A program made the position numbers and the translations under genes. The notes below the pieces were generated by a model. It was not told the DNA's origin. It ran no database searches and saw only the letters and a program-made list of their open reading frames with translations. From assembly GCA_016748015.1 (NCBI GenBank), contig JAAOMT010000603.1, forward strand, positions 415,532 to 479,531: 64,000 bases of DNA, given 5' to 3'. Positions 1 to 15,200 of the stretch are shown here, in pieces. Numbering within the stretch: position 1 is the first letter of the stretch; the number at the start of each line of letters is the position of its first letter. Source of the DNA: Geosiphon pyriformis uo1. Its lineage: Eukaryota > Fungi > Glomeromycota.

Positions 1-34
1 AGAATTTCCGCTGATCAATTTATTTTAAATTTAG

Positions 35-1250
35 GTCATACTGATCGTATTGGGGGGATTGCTTGGCATCCAGAGGCCACAATTTCTATAGGAGCAAATA
101 GTGTTAATTTGGCATCTGGAGCAGCCGATTGTTTGATCCATCTATGGTCGTTGGAAAGCGAATTACCTATTGCTTCATTACAAGGTCATGCTGCAAGGGT
201 TGCAAAAATTGATTTTCATCCTTCAGGAAGGTTTCTTGGAAGTGCTAGGTAATTCTTTTGCAAGATTCTTGCATTTTCTGATCTAAAATGGTTGAAAGTT
301 TCCACAAATTTGACCCCATGTTATAGTGATGATACCACGTGGCGATTATGGGATATTGAAACCACTGTAGAGTTGTTACTTCAAGAAGGACATGCCAAGG
401 AAGTTTGTGCAATTCGTTTTCAAAAGGATGGTGCTCTAATTGCTACCGGGTAGGTACGTCTCGAACATTTAAAACTTCCTGCACTTAAAAATTCCTCGCT
501 TATATTCTTTGAATATTCTCCAGTGGTCGGGATTCCATCGGACGTGTTTGGGATTTGAGAACTGGTAGATCTACAATGGTTTTAGAGGGTCACATAAATG
601 AAATATTTGCCGTGGATTTCTCGCCCAATGGGTAATTTTTACGAATTTATCTCCCTTTTCAATCCAAAGAAAGTCGAATTAAACTTTAAAAAATGTTCAA
701 AATCATCTAGGTACCAAGTAGCAACCGGAAGTGGAGACAATACAATACGAATATGGGACATTCGTACATTACGTTCAATTTACACCATTGCTGCCCATAA
801 ATCATTAGTTTCTGACTTGAAATTCTTTCACGGTTCTTCAAGTTTCGTCAATGAAGAATGGTCAAATAGTGTTAAATCTACCATTTCCGGATTATATATG
901 GCTAGTTCTGGGTTCGATGGAGTCATAAACATATGGTCAGCAGATGATTGGAATTTGCTGAAAAGCTTGGCGGGTCACCATGGGAAAGTTATGGCAGTTG
1001 ATGTTTCTTCAGGTAAGTTATTTCGGATGAAATGTTGTATTAAAGAAATTAATTTTTGCTATTTTCAATGTATTCTCAAATTTCTAGATAACAATTTTAT
1101 CGCTTCTTGTGGATCCGACCGTACATTTAAACTGGTAATTATTGAACCTTTGTCAATTTATTTTCAATTTCTACTTTGAAAATAACAATATTTTTCAATC
1201 ATACTCGAAATTTTTATATTAAGTGGTCGAACGAAAGCATGGAACTTTAG
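35..1250 (+). CDS. PRP4: U4/U6 snRNP protein Prp4 (WD40), 3' part; exons ~35-248, 327-449, 524-631, 711-1012, 1088-1134, 1224-1250
   Basis: The spliced translation gives [16 protein letters not shown]..., [65 protein letters not shown] and DRTFKLW, typical of Prp4. Introns are GT-AG. The 5' end lies outside the window. Confidence 0.9.
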
Positions 1251-1634
1251 CAGTTAAATTTAACACCAATGAAAATTATTCGTCATGTCTGCCTTTGGGA
1301 ACAAGACAAAGATAATTAATAATAAAAATTGTTCCCATTTCTAATTAATGAGTTTTTCGGTTCCGACGTTCAAACCAAAGCCGAATGAAATCAGTTTGCA
1401 AAGTTTTGTGTGTTCCTCGATGTTTCTTCAAGGCCTTCGTTATATAAAACCAAATAAAATAATCTTGGGCTCATTTCCATATAAATTTATGTTTACTACG
1501 AGCTTGTTCCTCGAGTCGATTAATACGAAAGTATCTTTAGGTAAATCTTAGATATGAGGCAGGGAGATTTCTTTAGATAAATCATATTGAGAACTTAAAC
1601 TTTCGGTTCTTGGAAATACCTTTTGGATATAAAT

Positions 1635-2394
1635 TTATAAAATATCGTCCCAAGTCTCGTTATAGTGGCCATCATTATCTTCGTCTGATTCATCAGCTTC
1701 GCTGTCATCGACATCTACTTTTTCTCGTTTTAACATGCATTCTAAGAAGATGGATTATTTTAATTACTGTCGAAAAGTACCGAGATCAAATAAAAAATAA
1801 TAAAAATAATTCCTACTGCGACATCTCGCCTTTTCAGCGTTTTTACGTTGAGCCTAAAAACAAAAACAATTAATTTCGATTAAAAAAGTAATACACATAA
1901 TATTTTCTTTAGGAATGGAATTTAACAGATTGCTTCGAGTAAAAGCATATCTTAATATTTTGGAGTTGAGAGAGGCCCTACTAATTTGGAAACGAAGAGA
2001 AGCAAAATTAATATAGATTCGAATTCAAAGATATACCTTAGCAAATTCTTCAAGCGCCATGGTTTTTGTGCATAACATGCAAGTTAGAGTCAAGTTTTGT
2101 TTAGGGGTGCACTCCTTGCACGTGATATGGTGCTTCTTCAAGTTCTTGCCTTTAGCGTAGGCTATTGTTTTAAGGAACAAACGAAAATTTGTTCAAAGTA
2201 ATCATAATTTGTTAACAAAACAAACCTGAATAGTAAATTTATTTACGATTATGTGTAGCTTTTGTCACTTGAGTTCTGGAGAATGAATAAGTAGGCTTTT
2301 CCTTTTGACATCCATTACAGTATAATTTTTTAGGGTCATTTTGACCTTGCGCATTTGCTCCCAAGGCCGAGTGTCCGCTCCCGACCGACGCCAT
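1635..2394 (-). CDS. Stc1-domain (tandem zinc finger) protein with acidic C-terminal tail; exons ~2394-2247, 2161-2038, 1853-1817, 1741-1635
   Basis: Spliced: LYCNGCQKEKPTYSFSRTQ...HITCKECTPKQNLTLTCMLCTKTMALEEFAKAQRKNAEKARCRKCMLKREKVDVDDSEADESDEDND...DDIL*. Four CxxC pairs with F-S/A-K/R-x-Q spacing match the Stc1 domain pattern. Confidence 0.8.
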
Positions 2395-2670
2395 AGGTGT
2401 TGTAAAACTGTTCGAGTTGTTTTTCTTAATAGGAAGTTTTGGACTCACTGTTTGAAATCGCAATAAATGACAGGAAGGGAAGCTATTGAACTTCTCAACC
2501 CGCGTTATTCGAATAATCATATACTATCAGATATGACGAATTAGACCCTTGTGTACCAACTACGCCACGAGAGCTTTTGGTAAATAATCATATGTCAGGA
2601 ATTTCGAGCCTTTACAATTAAAATAACAGAAAGTTATTCCCATTACCAAAGAGCAGATACTTTGCAATTT

Positions 2671-5418
2671 ATGATTCTTACGACAACTGCTGATATGGAA
2701 CCCCCAACTCTTCCACCTCAAGAAGTAATTCCATTAATTGTGAGGTAATCAACAGTGAGGGTTTTGCATAACATTACAGCCTAGGCTTTGTATGGAAACG
2801 CAACTCTTTAAAGGGATTTGATATAATAGGGAAATCACCAATGAGCACTCCTACTCGAAGGACTCGCTTGTTCCTATTTTCCCTTCCGTTATTATCATCG
2901 AACCCCTTTTCTTTTTGGGTTATAGTATAAACGTTTTGCAAAATCATAACTTACCCTCAATGGATACATGGAATTGGTTTTCCGTTTACTGAAAATTTCA
3001 ACATGGCTAAAAATGACATTCACAATTTGATTAAATCGTATAAAATGAATGTATTCTCAAAAAACGCGCAAAAATAAGTCAACTTTGCGAATACGGCTAC
3101 ACTTCTCTCGCTCAAGTAGTGGCAGAACAGACTGATAACCCGATTGATCTGACCCCGAGCTCACGATTATCCGAATTACTTTTTATTGCCAAAGAACAAG
3201 GTTGTGATTAGGGGTTTTAAGAAAATGGAAAATCATGTAGACCCATCAAAATGTGATTTAATCATAGATCTCGCAATCAATGGATTGCTTTTCAAGCTAT
3301 GCATCGATCAGGAACACTTCTGTTAAACTGCTTTTGTTTCAATAAACTTGGGTATACTTTGGTTTCTTTGCAAATATATTCAAAAGAATTGAATTTTCTC
3401 ATTCACAATATTGAAGATGAAGGAGATGAAATGCGCCCATCTCAAATGCCTGACGATATTATTGGTGAGGACTCACCGGATGAGGAGAATTATCAAAATC
3501 ATTCAAGATGGCTGACATCTGTAGACCCTGATAATAGACCTGGTAATTCTTTTTCTCCCGTTTTCTTATGTCGATCATTACCAAGTGCTTGGATTGATCA
3601 TCGTTTCCTAATTTTATCTTTATATTTTAATTCCTCTGAACAGTTACCAAAACTTCACCAAACTTCTCAACATGGTATATAACTACACATCGAGCTGCAT
3701 CAACTTGTGCTATTTTTAGTGGCGATGGTAAATTCTCATGATTTCCCAAACAAAAAGATGGGATTATGATATGGTGTACTATTCTTTTGAAATTTACCTC
3801 CAATTGAAATAATAGCATTGGTTTTTAATTCTCCTTATTAAATTCATTCGATTTTAACAACTTTTTATTTATTTTCTCAGGTAAGTATGCCGCGACCGGA
3901 TCCGCGGATGCATCATTGAAGGTCCTCGATACTCGCAAAATGAACAGCCGTTCGGATGAAGATAGACCAGTCATACGTACCTTATACGATCATCTTGCTG
4001 TACGTCTTTTTTAAGGAAACCCTCATCGAAAAGATCATGTCCTTACCTTTTTTTTTTAATCAGACCTTGGAAATGTTCCTTTCTTTGATGTAGACCTCTC
4101 ATCCTTTATATCCATTTATATATTTTGAAATAGGCCGTCAATGATTTATCTTTTCATCCTAATGGTCTGGTTCTTGCATCATGCTCCGAAGATCAGAGTA
4201 TAAAGTTATTTGATCTTTCAAAGCCTGGGGTTAAACGATCTTTTCGGTATTTGCAGGTAATAATTGATTTTTTCTATATCTTCAATTACTCTTTAATATA
4301 CTTTATCTTGGCTTTTGTTAGGATACTCATATTGTGAGATCAATAGCTTTTCATCCATCGGGTGATTTCATTTTAGCAGGTATTTTTGCAGTATGGGATT
4401 GTAATTAAATTTTCTCTAATAATTTTATTAAATTTCTTAAGGAACGGATCATGAATCTATAAGAGTTTATGATGTAAAAAAATTTCAGTGTTACACAGCA
4501 TCAAGCAATCCAGCTGATCTTCATCGTGGAGGAATTACAAAAGTATATCAATGCTTTTAATGTTGGTTATTTTTTTAACAATCTTCCGACCATCAATTAA
4601 TTTTATCTATTTATTGTTATATAGGTACGGTTCGCTAATAATGGATCTCAATTTGTTACATCTTCTTTAGATGGAAGCATCAAAATTTGGGATACAGTCA
4701 GTGGAAAATGTATCAAAACGATAGAAAATGCACATGATGGTGCCTTGGTATCAAGTGTACAATTTTCTAAAAATGGGAAATATCTACTATCTGGTGGAAA
4801 GGATTCTATCTGTCGATTATGGGAGGTTGCTAGTGGTCGATGCATTATTAAATATGAAGGAGCGATGCAAATGGTGATCAATAATATAAAACCACATATT
4901 TCATTTTTTTTTATTCCTAAATCTTTATACCAGTTTTTCCATTTTTTTTTACAGAATAATGCTATACAAACCACCTTCACATTTAATGAAGACTTCGTTC
5001 TCAGTAGTGATGAGAGCAACAATACTGTTGTTTGTTGGGATACGCGAACTGGGCAGTTGATCAAACGATTTTCTGGTCAGTATAAAAGAATAATTCAGCT
5101 CAAACAATTGAAAAGGGTATATCAGATTGTTCGACAAATGGTGAAAATTTTCAATATTTTACAATATTCATGTATAGGACATGCTAGCATCGTTCGATGT
5201 GTGGCAGCATCTCCCACTGAGCCAGGATTTATTAGCTGCAGGTATTTGAAAAAACATGGTATTTTATTACTGAAAATCATTGACATTCATTTTTATTTCT
5301 TGTTAAAGCGATGACTTTCGTGTTAGGCAAGTAGTTTTGCTGTTTAAGCTTATTTAAAAGAATAACAATTTTAACACTAATTCCTATGCGTAATTTTAGA
5401 TATTGGAACCTGGATTAA
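2671..5418 (+). CDS. CSTF1: Cleavage stimulation factor 50 kDa subunit (CstF-50), multi-exon WD40 protein
   Basis: N-terminal dimerisation-like segment [18 protein letters not shown]...PSSRLSELL, then [35 protein letters not shown]...[10 protein letters not shown] and [21 protein letters not shown]. Ends YWNLD* at 5418. Alternative ATG at 2695. Confidence 0.9.
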
Positions 5419-6070
5419 GCGTCTGGTCACTATAAGATTTTATTCAAAAGTCAAAAATGATTTAAATTAACTTTTTGAAATCATTTTTGACCTTTTCAAT
5501 TTATTATAATTATAGTACGGATAATATGGATTTAAAATAACCTATCAAGTTTCACTCAGTTATTAAGTAATTATTGGGACGATTTATTCCCTTAGCAATC
5601 CACTTTTGAAGTGACCACTTTTCAAATAAAATGCTGCGAATTATTCATCAAACCAATTAATCACTGAAAAATTTGTATAAATAGTTGAACAAAAAGATTG
5701 AGCAGAGTAAAATACAAATTATTTTATTAAACAAAAATAATTAAATATTATATTGTTTATTTAATTAATAAACTATTTCTATAGTATTAATATTAAATCT
5801 TTAACAATATTAAAGTTTAAATTGTACAAAATATACAAAACATTGATCAAAGTAAAAATTCAAAAGATTAAAATTCCAACAATGATTTTATTTTTAAAAA
5901 TTTTTATTAAGGATACAGAAAGGCTTGTAATTTGGTTCGAATATGTTTCAATTGCTCACCTTATTAAAATAAATAAGTTTTCGTAATAAATAACGAATCT
6001 TGAAAATCAAAACATTTGTCACAAAGTTACCTTTTAATTTCCTTTTATTCTCCAGATGAAACAATTCTAA

Positions 6071-7031
6071 TTAAACACTTAAACAGCACATGAAAAATGG
6101 AATCAAGAATAAGCGAGGTTCTTGAGCAAAAAAAGCAATGAGTAATATGATTGTGCAAATTTTTTGATGTCGAAAAAATTGTATTTATTGAATAATAAAA
6201 GTTTTAAATCGGTGGAAAAAATATTGTTCATATCAACATGAATTAACAAGACAAGAACGTCTTCGTACAACTAACTTACTTGGTCTTTAAGAAGAATCAG
6301 GTCAATAAAAGTCTGTAGACATCCTGTATTATTAACTAATTTTTCTCCCACTTCATTTCCTTCTCACTCAACCCCCCCCCCCATATTTCATTTATTCAAC
6401 CCATAATTTTCCCGCTCCGGTCTCCGAATAAGAATGATTCGGTAATATGTTTCCCGTCATCCAAATTAAGCTCTCTAGAAGGAGAAATTTCACGACCATG
6501 TTGAGTCTGACTGGACGGCAAAGAAGGATTCAATTTGGGACTAGATAGCCCTGTCGATTGATCTTCAAAGCTATGACATTCAACCGGGGTATTTAATAAT
6601 TCAGATGTATTTTGAGAATTTGATGAATCTGGGCGAAAATTAGGACCAGGATAAGAGTAGGCACGTTGATATAGATCCCGTTTGTAAAGGTTATGATCAT
6701 ATGAAGAACGTCGTGTTACAAAGCCCGGGCGAGTTGACGTTTTTGAATTGTCGTGCGAAGGTGGTAAATTTGGGCGAGGTTCCTCAGGTAGTGGTTGAGA
6801 GGTATGTTTGGAATGCGAATTTGAGGATGATTTATCATCAAAAGTTAATTTTGGTTGAGACTTGTTAAAGGAGGGTGATTCTGGTGGAAAAGTTTGACGA
6901 AATTCACCATAACACGTTGAAGGGGGTGCATCATGAAAAGTTGGCTTTAATTCAGACGTGTTAGACTTAGGTGTTGTATTTCTATTTCTATATCCTAACC
7001 TATCACCTGAAGCAGAATTTTTGTGTTCCAT
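6071..7031 (-). CDS. Hypothetical protein: Ser/Pro-rich disordered N-terminus, possible C-terminal hydrophobic segment (3' exon structure uncertain)
   Basis: 211-aa ORF with gene-like composition and retained CpG. Plausible small exon GCLQTFIDLILLKDQ at ~6323-6280 flanked by AG/GT. Downstream hydrophobic frame ICTIILLIAFFAQEPRLFLIPFFMCCLSV*. Confidence 0.45.
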
Positions 7032-9216
7032 TTTCTACAATACTTTTTAAAGAGTGGTAGTAAGGGAATCGACTTTTGTAATGTCACTACTGTTTAGCTA
7101 TCCTATCGAAAGAAATAAAACGAATTGATGAAATAAATTTTTAGTGGATCATTAATCAAGTCAATATCACCCACGACTCATTTATAACCACATGCATTAG
7201 CATCCATGGGAAAACTTTGATGGTTCTTTTTTCTGCATCATCGTTCTCAATTAAACATTTGACAGATGGATTTAGCTGATTCCGAAATATTCATGATATA
7301 TTTATGATGAAACATTTGAAAAACCTTTTAGCAGTTAATTATTACCCTTATGAGTGTGTGTATGGGAAAATTGTCTTTTTGTCCGTGTTAAAATAATAGA
7401 AGTGCTATTATTGTTTGATTATCTATGTTTAAGAATGGCGTTATTTGCTTTAGTAGCTAAATAAATATTAAAGTGTGTTGATATCCAAATTTGAAGACAA
7501 AACCAGACAAAGTGAACTTGTGACGTCACTTGGTTCTTTGAATTTTTAGTTACTTTCTTATGATTACCTTTTAACCTTAATTTGAGTGTTCTGTTGAGAA
7601 TTCAATTTTTCTAATTGAAGTTTTAATCGAGCAATTTCTTTCTTGTAAGATTTTATTTTATTAATTGGTGTTAGTTTTTTTAAAAGCTTAATTTCTGTTT
7701 CTTTGTTGCTTAATTTTGTTTAATAATTCTTGCTTTTGTTTTTTACTTTATTGTTTTAAAATTTTCATGAAATTTTTATGGGAGGGGGGGGTTTTTTTTT
7801 TGAATAGTTTATTCAATAGTGTTTAACTGTTTTGGTAAGTTGTCTATTTGTTGTTTATATTTAACAAATATTCTTTTTTTGTAAAATAGAATTAGCAGTT
7901 TTTTTCGTTTTTTTGCAATTACAAAAATATCTAATTTTTAATTTTTTGTAATTATATTTTAGTAGTTTATTGTTTAAAACTTTTATAAAGCAAATTATTT
8001 TTAAGATCAGAATAATAATTGTAAATAGCAATATTATTTTAATTTTAAAATTATGTAAAGTAATTTTTTTATAATTACTTAACAGAAACTTTATTTTAGT
8101 AATAAATTCTTGTTTTTTAATAAATATTAAAACTTAGTTTTTGTTTTTTGCTCAATAATTTAAATTTATGTTGTTTTTAAATAATTTAAATAAAAATTTA
8201 TTTGTTAAATATAATTGTAATTGAAATTTATTGTTATTTCTTTTTATTATTTCCAATAATTTTTTTTTATCTTGTAATTATATAATTTTTATCATATTTT
8301 AATTGATTTAATTCTGTTTTTTGAGTATTATTAAATTTTTTATTAATTTAATAAGAAAAATAAAATAAAATTTTTAATTTTTACTTTTCAATAATTTTTA
8401 TAATAATTTTTTATAATAATTTTTTTGTTTGTTAATAAATAATTTCAAATAATTTAATAAAAGTTTTTTTTAACTGTTTTGTTTTAATTTTTGAACATTT
8501 TTTTTAAATATTGTTTTTTTTTACTTAATTTTAATATTTTGCTTATTTTTTTATAATAATAATTTTTCAACCTTTTTAATTAATTATAATATTTTTTTAA
8601 TTATAATATTATTAAATTTATTTATTTTTTATTTTTTTTTATTAAACTAAAATAATTAATATTTTTAGTTATTTTTAATTTATTTTTAGTCAATTATTTC
8701 ATATTTAATATTATATATTAAAAAGCAATAGTAAAATATTTAATAATATTTAATTTTTCAGTTTAAGATTTTTTTGGTTTTAAAATATTAATTTTACTTA
8801 ATAATTTTTTATTTGTTTGTAATTATGTTTTAAAATATTTAATTATAATTTTTTATTTGTTTTTTAAATATAATTAATATAATTATATAATTTATTTTAG
8901 TATTTTTAAAAATTGAAAAAACTAATAATATTTACAAAATTAATTTAATAATAACAAAAGTAAATTAATAAACAACAAAATAATTGAAATAATTAATTTT
9001 ATTTATTAAAATATTTTTGGTACTTTAATTTTATAAAAAAATTAATATTAAAATTAATAATGTCTTGATTTTTATAATTTTTAAAGTTTTAAATTTACTA
9101 AATTCTTAAAAAAATTTATTAATAACTTTTTAAATTTTAATTATATTAAAATTAATATTTATATATTTAATAATTTTTTAAAATATGTTGTTAAATTACT
9201 TAAAATATTTAAGCAC

Positions 9217-12200
9217 TTTTTATTTATTTATTTATGAGTATGGCCCAATTATTATTTAAGTACATAAAATTACACAAAATTTTAAATTAAGTATAGCTTC
9301 TGTTTTTTTATATGTAATTAACTATTTAAACCAATCAAAACAGCACTATATATTTAAATTACTTATTAAGAAAACATCTCTTAAAAAACCAAAATTTATA
9401 TTGGACAAATATAGATATAACTCAAAACAAATATGAATATTTAATTTAACACCAAAACTGTAAATTAATTCAGAAAACTACAAAAATAATAAATTAAAGA
9501 CTAAAAAGACAACTGATCTATTATGCAACAAAAGATTATGTTTTTCATAGTAAGATTTCAACTTAATAGTCAGCATTTAAATGACAGATCTGTGATCTTC
9601 AGCCAAACTTTGAATTAATTTGATAATTAATAGACTATCATCAAATTTAATATCTAAATATTATATTGTATCAGTTATCTAACTCTTTAGTATAAAGTTT
9701 TTAGCTAATAATATGTATAAATTAGTAAACAATTTGGTCTTATATTAAAACTAAACAATCACATTACTCTTAACAAATATGCCTAATAACTTATTTTATT
9801 TTATAATAGTATTTAATAATAATTTCTCTTTGGAGTTGTTATTATGTATGTATAAAAATATGTAATCAGAGTTCTCTAATATTCCATATTAAATACAAGC
9901 TATGCTAAGATACTTTGGATTATACAATCTTTTTTTGACCACAAGTAAGCAGTAATACAATGTCTTTATAAAATAAAACCAAAGTGTTATTAATAAAAAA
10001 CTAATATAACTGAAATAAAATTTGCCATTAGGATGCCAAATACTAAAGATCTTAATCACATTAAAACTATTACTAATATTTAAATTTATGGCATTATTAT
10101 TATACTTGAATTTCCAATTAATAAAATTAACTATATTAAACAAATTTCTAATAAAATAACAAATATTTTTAGATATATGTTTATTTTTAATGCTAAGGAA
10201 ATAACATAGCACTTAAAAAGCCAAAATAAACTTAAAAACAATAGCAGCATTAGCATAAAAATCAGCATGTTTATTTTTAATAACACCAGAATAGTTTTTG
10301 ATCTTTTTTTAATTAACCAACAAACTTTTTTTTAAAATGACTTGGTAAATATGTTTTTTTTCAATCTAATATTTACTATAAAAGTCAAAACCAGATTTTT
10401 TTTTGTTAAAACAATACATATCTAGTAACACTTGGCTGTTTGTAAACAAAATAACAGAGCTAAAAGTAGGTACACAATTTAAAACAAGAGTAATGGCTTG
10501 TAATTCTACTAAAGTCAAGAAAAACAAATTATTTACTCTAACTCTAATATTTATATTATTATCAGAAAAGTAAGCAGTAACACTTTCATAAGCACTCACC
10601 AAATTTAAATTCTTAACAGAATTATTTATATAAACATTTACACTATTTAATTCAAAGTTTAGCAAATATTCTTTAACATAGCTTAAATCACAAGAATAAT
10701 CAGCAGAAGTTAGATAAAAAGCCAATAATCTACTATTTATTAATTAACCATTCCCAATAAACTTGGCCAATAAACTGAATTAACCAGAAATCAAACCTCT
10801 AAGATTCAACTTTTTCTATATGTAAAAAGTGTTTCATATAAAACATGTACCATAACAATTCAAAAGCTAATTAATAAAAATAATGTTGAATTTTTTGAAA
10901 AGTTTCATTATACTCATGTAACTATTCAAGTTTAGCATATCCAAAACTGTAATATGATCTTTGGCTTTGAAAACATTAAAGAAAATACCATTCAAAAACA
11001 TATTGCAAAAAGTAAGAATATGTATCACATTTATTAAAAAATAATTTATAAGATTAATTAACAACTTGATTAAAAATTATAGAAAATGCCAGAACATTCA
11101 GCTAGTTGTTTGTAAATTCATAGCTTTGTGCTTAAATAAACTACTAAGAATTTTACCCATATTAGGAAAATTGACCAAATTAGCCAAAAATTTTTTTGTT
11201 AATATTTGCTTAACCATTTTAAAACCATATAACATAAAATAGTATATTGTTTTATTGGAGAAGTTTTTAGAAAGATTAGTCTTAAGTTTTAGCCTCTTTC
11301 TTAATATTTTGTTTTACCTCTTATATGCATTCTTTGAAGCCCAATTAAACTGTATTTTATAACCAATTATGAACTGTAAAACAGCAGATATCAGGTATAA
11401 AAATTGTTTTTTAGTAATAGTCTTCTTTAAAATCACATTTGAAAAGAATTTAATATAAGAGTAAGTTTTGGTTAAGCTTAGTTTAAACAGATTATTAGTT
11501 GACAGAAAAATCTCCAAATATCTATAAGATTTGTTTTTATTAGCCACCAAAATTCTTAATTCATTAATAGACAATACAGTATTTTTTATCTTTTAATTAA
11601 TAGAGATAGTGACCATTTTATTAATATTAATTGAAATCTTATTAATAAAAAAAATTTATTTGTAATGTTTAAAATCTGTTGAGTTATTATCATGCAATTT
11701 CCAATTCAAATAATATTATTAACAAAAACATCTACAGCAAGAAAAGAAGTTTTGCTATTCTTAAAATCAGCTTTGCCAGTCTTTGTAAAAAATTTTGAAC
11801 TTATTTTGTAACTACATAATTGTTTTTGCTTTTTAATCTTACAAAACAGATCATAAAAAATCTTTTATAACAAAAGTAAAAAACTTTTCTTTGGTCAAGT
11901 CTATTATAAATCACATATTTATATAAAAGTCTAAAATTTGTTATAATTTGATTAATTCTACCATTGTAAATATTTTTAAAGAATTTAATAAACTGTTTAT
12001 ATATTTTAATCTAAATTAAACTGTTTCACAAATGATGTCAGCTAATTAAATCATATGTTTTATATATATTTTGTAAAACCAGCCACAATTTTCTATTTTT
12101 TTTCAGGATATTCTTAATCACAAAACCTATAATCAAAATTGGAATCTGTATTAAAATACTTTTTAATATTAAAAAATTGTTTCTACAAAGCACATTAAAT

Positions 12201-15200
12201 TTGTTGTAAATAAAAAAAATCTTATTAAAAAAAATTTTGGATAAAATTTTTCTCATTGTCTTAATTAAAACAATAGGTTAAGTATTTATTAATGTTTTTT
12301 TCTATTCATATGACTTAGATATTATTAAAACTTAAGCATGTTTCTATAATATAAGAACCTTATTTAGAAACAAACAAGAATTCAGCAGATCTAGTAAAAA
12401 CTTTACAATCTCATTTTCATAATGCTTTCACAACTTATTGAATATATCACTTAGATCAGTAGCTTTTCTGTTCAGTAATTTTTTAACTATCTGAACCAAC
12501 TCTTCAAATTCTATATTATCTATTATATTTAAAAAAACATAATTATCTACATACTTTAAAAAAATATATTAATTTGTTCAAACTCCAAAAATAAAATCCA
12601 GAATTTTTTGTTTTCTGGTTCAGTCTTCTATTATTTTATCTACTTTGGCTCTAATTTTATTAAATTTCAAAATCAATTTCTCATTAATTACCAAGTGATT
12701 TAAAATTATACTATGAAAAAATCTTTTCAATATACTTTTAATCATGTGGTCTTTATTTATACAGAAATTTTCTACCTTTTTTTAATTGTAATATTAATGG
12801 CTGTAGTTTTAGTAATCCTTGATTTCTACAACTTGGACTTGTAATACTTTTTTTTAATCTTAAACAAATGACAAAATATGTTAATTGGTCTTGTATTATC
12901 TTAAACCAAGCATTGAACTTCCAAAATTCTATTATAATTTGTAATCATCTAGACCCATAGAAAACAATTCAATTTTATTTTGTCTTCAATGCCTAAAGTT
13001 TTGACTAGCTTAACAATCAATAACTTCAATTTATGAATCTTAATGATTGTTTTTTAAAAAAGCATCTTGTTTTATTGTATTAAAGTTTAGAGAACATTTT
13101 ATCAGCCAAATCTATTATTATATTCTGTAAGATTTTTTATATTGTGTCTAAATTACTTTTACTATTAGCATTATTAAACTCAACCTTTATCAAAAAAAGT
13201 AGAGAAAACAAGTAATTTTTAAAACTAGTTTATTTAGATTTATTTGTATTTTTAATTTTTAATTTTTAACAATTTTTGTTAGTTTGTTTCTAAACAATGT
13301 TTATTTCTACATCAAGTAAACCACTTAATCTAATTAAAAACAAAACAGCTCTGTGGTTTGTGTTAAAGAACTTTAAAACATTATTAAATATCTGCTTAGC
13401 CAATGTTGATAAAAAATTTTTACTTATAAATTAATAATCAATAATCTTTGCAGTTTTTCTGAAATTGTTTTATGTGAGCATTTTAAGTGAAAACTGATCT
13501 CTGAAGACATTAACTAAATTTAAATCAAACACAATTTATAATTTAAATTCTTCTTAAAACTATTTTCATTAAAATCTTCATCTATAATTACAAAAAAGCT
13601 AAAATTTACAGTTTTAGCAATAAGTACATTTATTTTTACTGCTTGTTTAGCTTGTGTCACTACAAATGTACATGTATACAACCCCAAAACTGGTACTAAA
13701 AGCTTGTTCTTAAAAATTAGACAAACTGAAATCAAACAGTTCAGAACTTCTTTAATTTTAAATATATAATAAGCCAAAGAGATGTTCATAATTACTATTA
13801 CATTTATATTTAAAAAGTTTTTATCCAATCTGGAAGTAAAAACCCAAATCTTATCAAATTTGTTCATTATTTAAAACCTGTAATTAAATCTTAACTTTAT
13901 TTTTGTAATAATTAAAACCAAGTATTCCTTATTTATATGCCAATAAATAATATCTTTCTGCTTAATAGAGACATTAATACTTTGAACATTACATATAGCA
14001 ATCTTCCAAACAAGACCAGTCATTGAAATAAATAAAAACTTAAATCCAGAACACTATTGTTTACTTTGACTAAAAAATGCAAAATCATATCTAAAAAACT
14101 TTTTAAACTGTCTTCTAATTTAGAAACTATTAAAAAATCCAAAGATATTACTTCTATAATAGTCCTACTACTAGTAACCACACCCAAACTTTCTTTTATT
14201 ACTATATTCGTTCTTTGATTTTGTAATAATAGAATTACTAATAACTGATATTCAGGACTAAACTAAAAAACTATTGGTTTGAATGTGTTCAACTTCTTAG
14301 CCAACTTACTAATCTGTGCTGTAAGATTAGCAAAACTGTGCTTAAGAGCAGTAAACTTAATATTGAATTCATTAAACATAAGCAAGATAAACTTTATCTT
14401 TAGAGAAAAACCAAAATTCACAGAACTATTTTGCACAGAAAGAGAAAAAAAAATCTACCAACTACTTCAGTTCAAAAAATGCTACCAAAAAAGACAGACC
14501 AAGTAATAAATATTAAATATTTAGCATAAATAATTATTAGTTTGCTTTTATCTGTTTTTGATAAGTTTCTGTAAGTTAAATTACTAAAAAACACTTTTTT
14601 ATTTATAGTGCAGTCTAATAATATATAATCTAAATTCTTATACTTTGTATATTTAACCAAATCCAGACAAAACCAATACAAATTGGTATTTTATAATACT
14701 GATATAGTTTTCATGACAGTCTCTAATTATTTAGTAAAAATAAAACAAATTACTGTATATTTAACTTAGATATATATAACTGGATAATAATCTATAACAC
14801 ATGTTTTTTTATCCACAAAACCAATAAAATCCCAAATATTGTAAGCATTTGTTTCTACTGGCAATATGTAAAACAGTATTCTATTCTTGTTTTTTGCATT
14901 TCAAAATTTTTTGTTAATATTAGCTTTGGTTATACACACTATATTCTTTTCAATTAAAACAAACTACATTGCTATAATTAGATTATTATAATTTGAATAA
15001 CCAAATTCAACCACAGTTTTTTGTTACAGCCTTATCAATTGCATCTTGATTGACTTAATCTTTTTAAATTCAAATAATACAACATACAAAACATCAGCCA
15101 ATATTATAATTATAATTTTTTTTTTACTACAGCTTGATTTAAATACATTGTTGATTTTTTAAGATTGGTATTTACAATGATATTTCTAGCTTTTGCTAAT

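Noticed and set aside
2545-2574. Minus strand GCTCTCGTGGCGTAGTTGGT looks like a tRNA 5' end with an A-box
   Set aside because: No anticodon arm, T-loop or matching acceptor 3' strand could be built.
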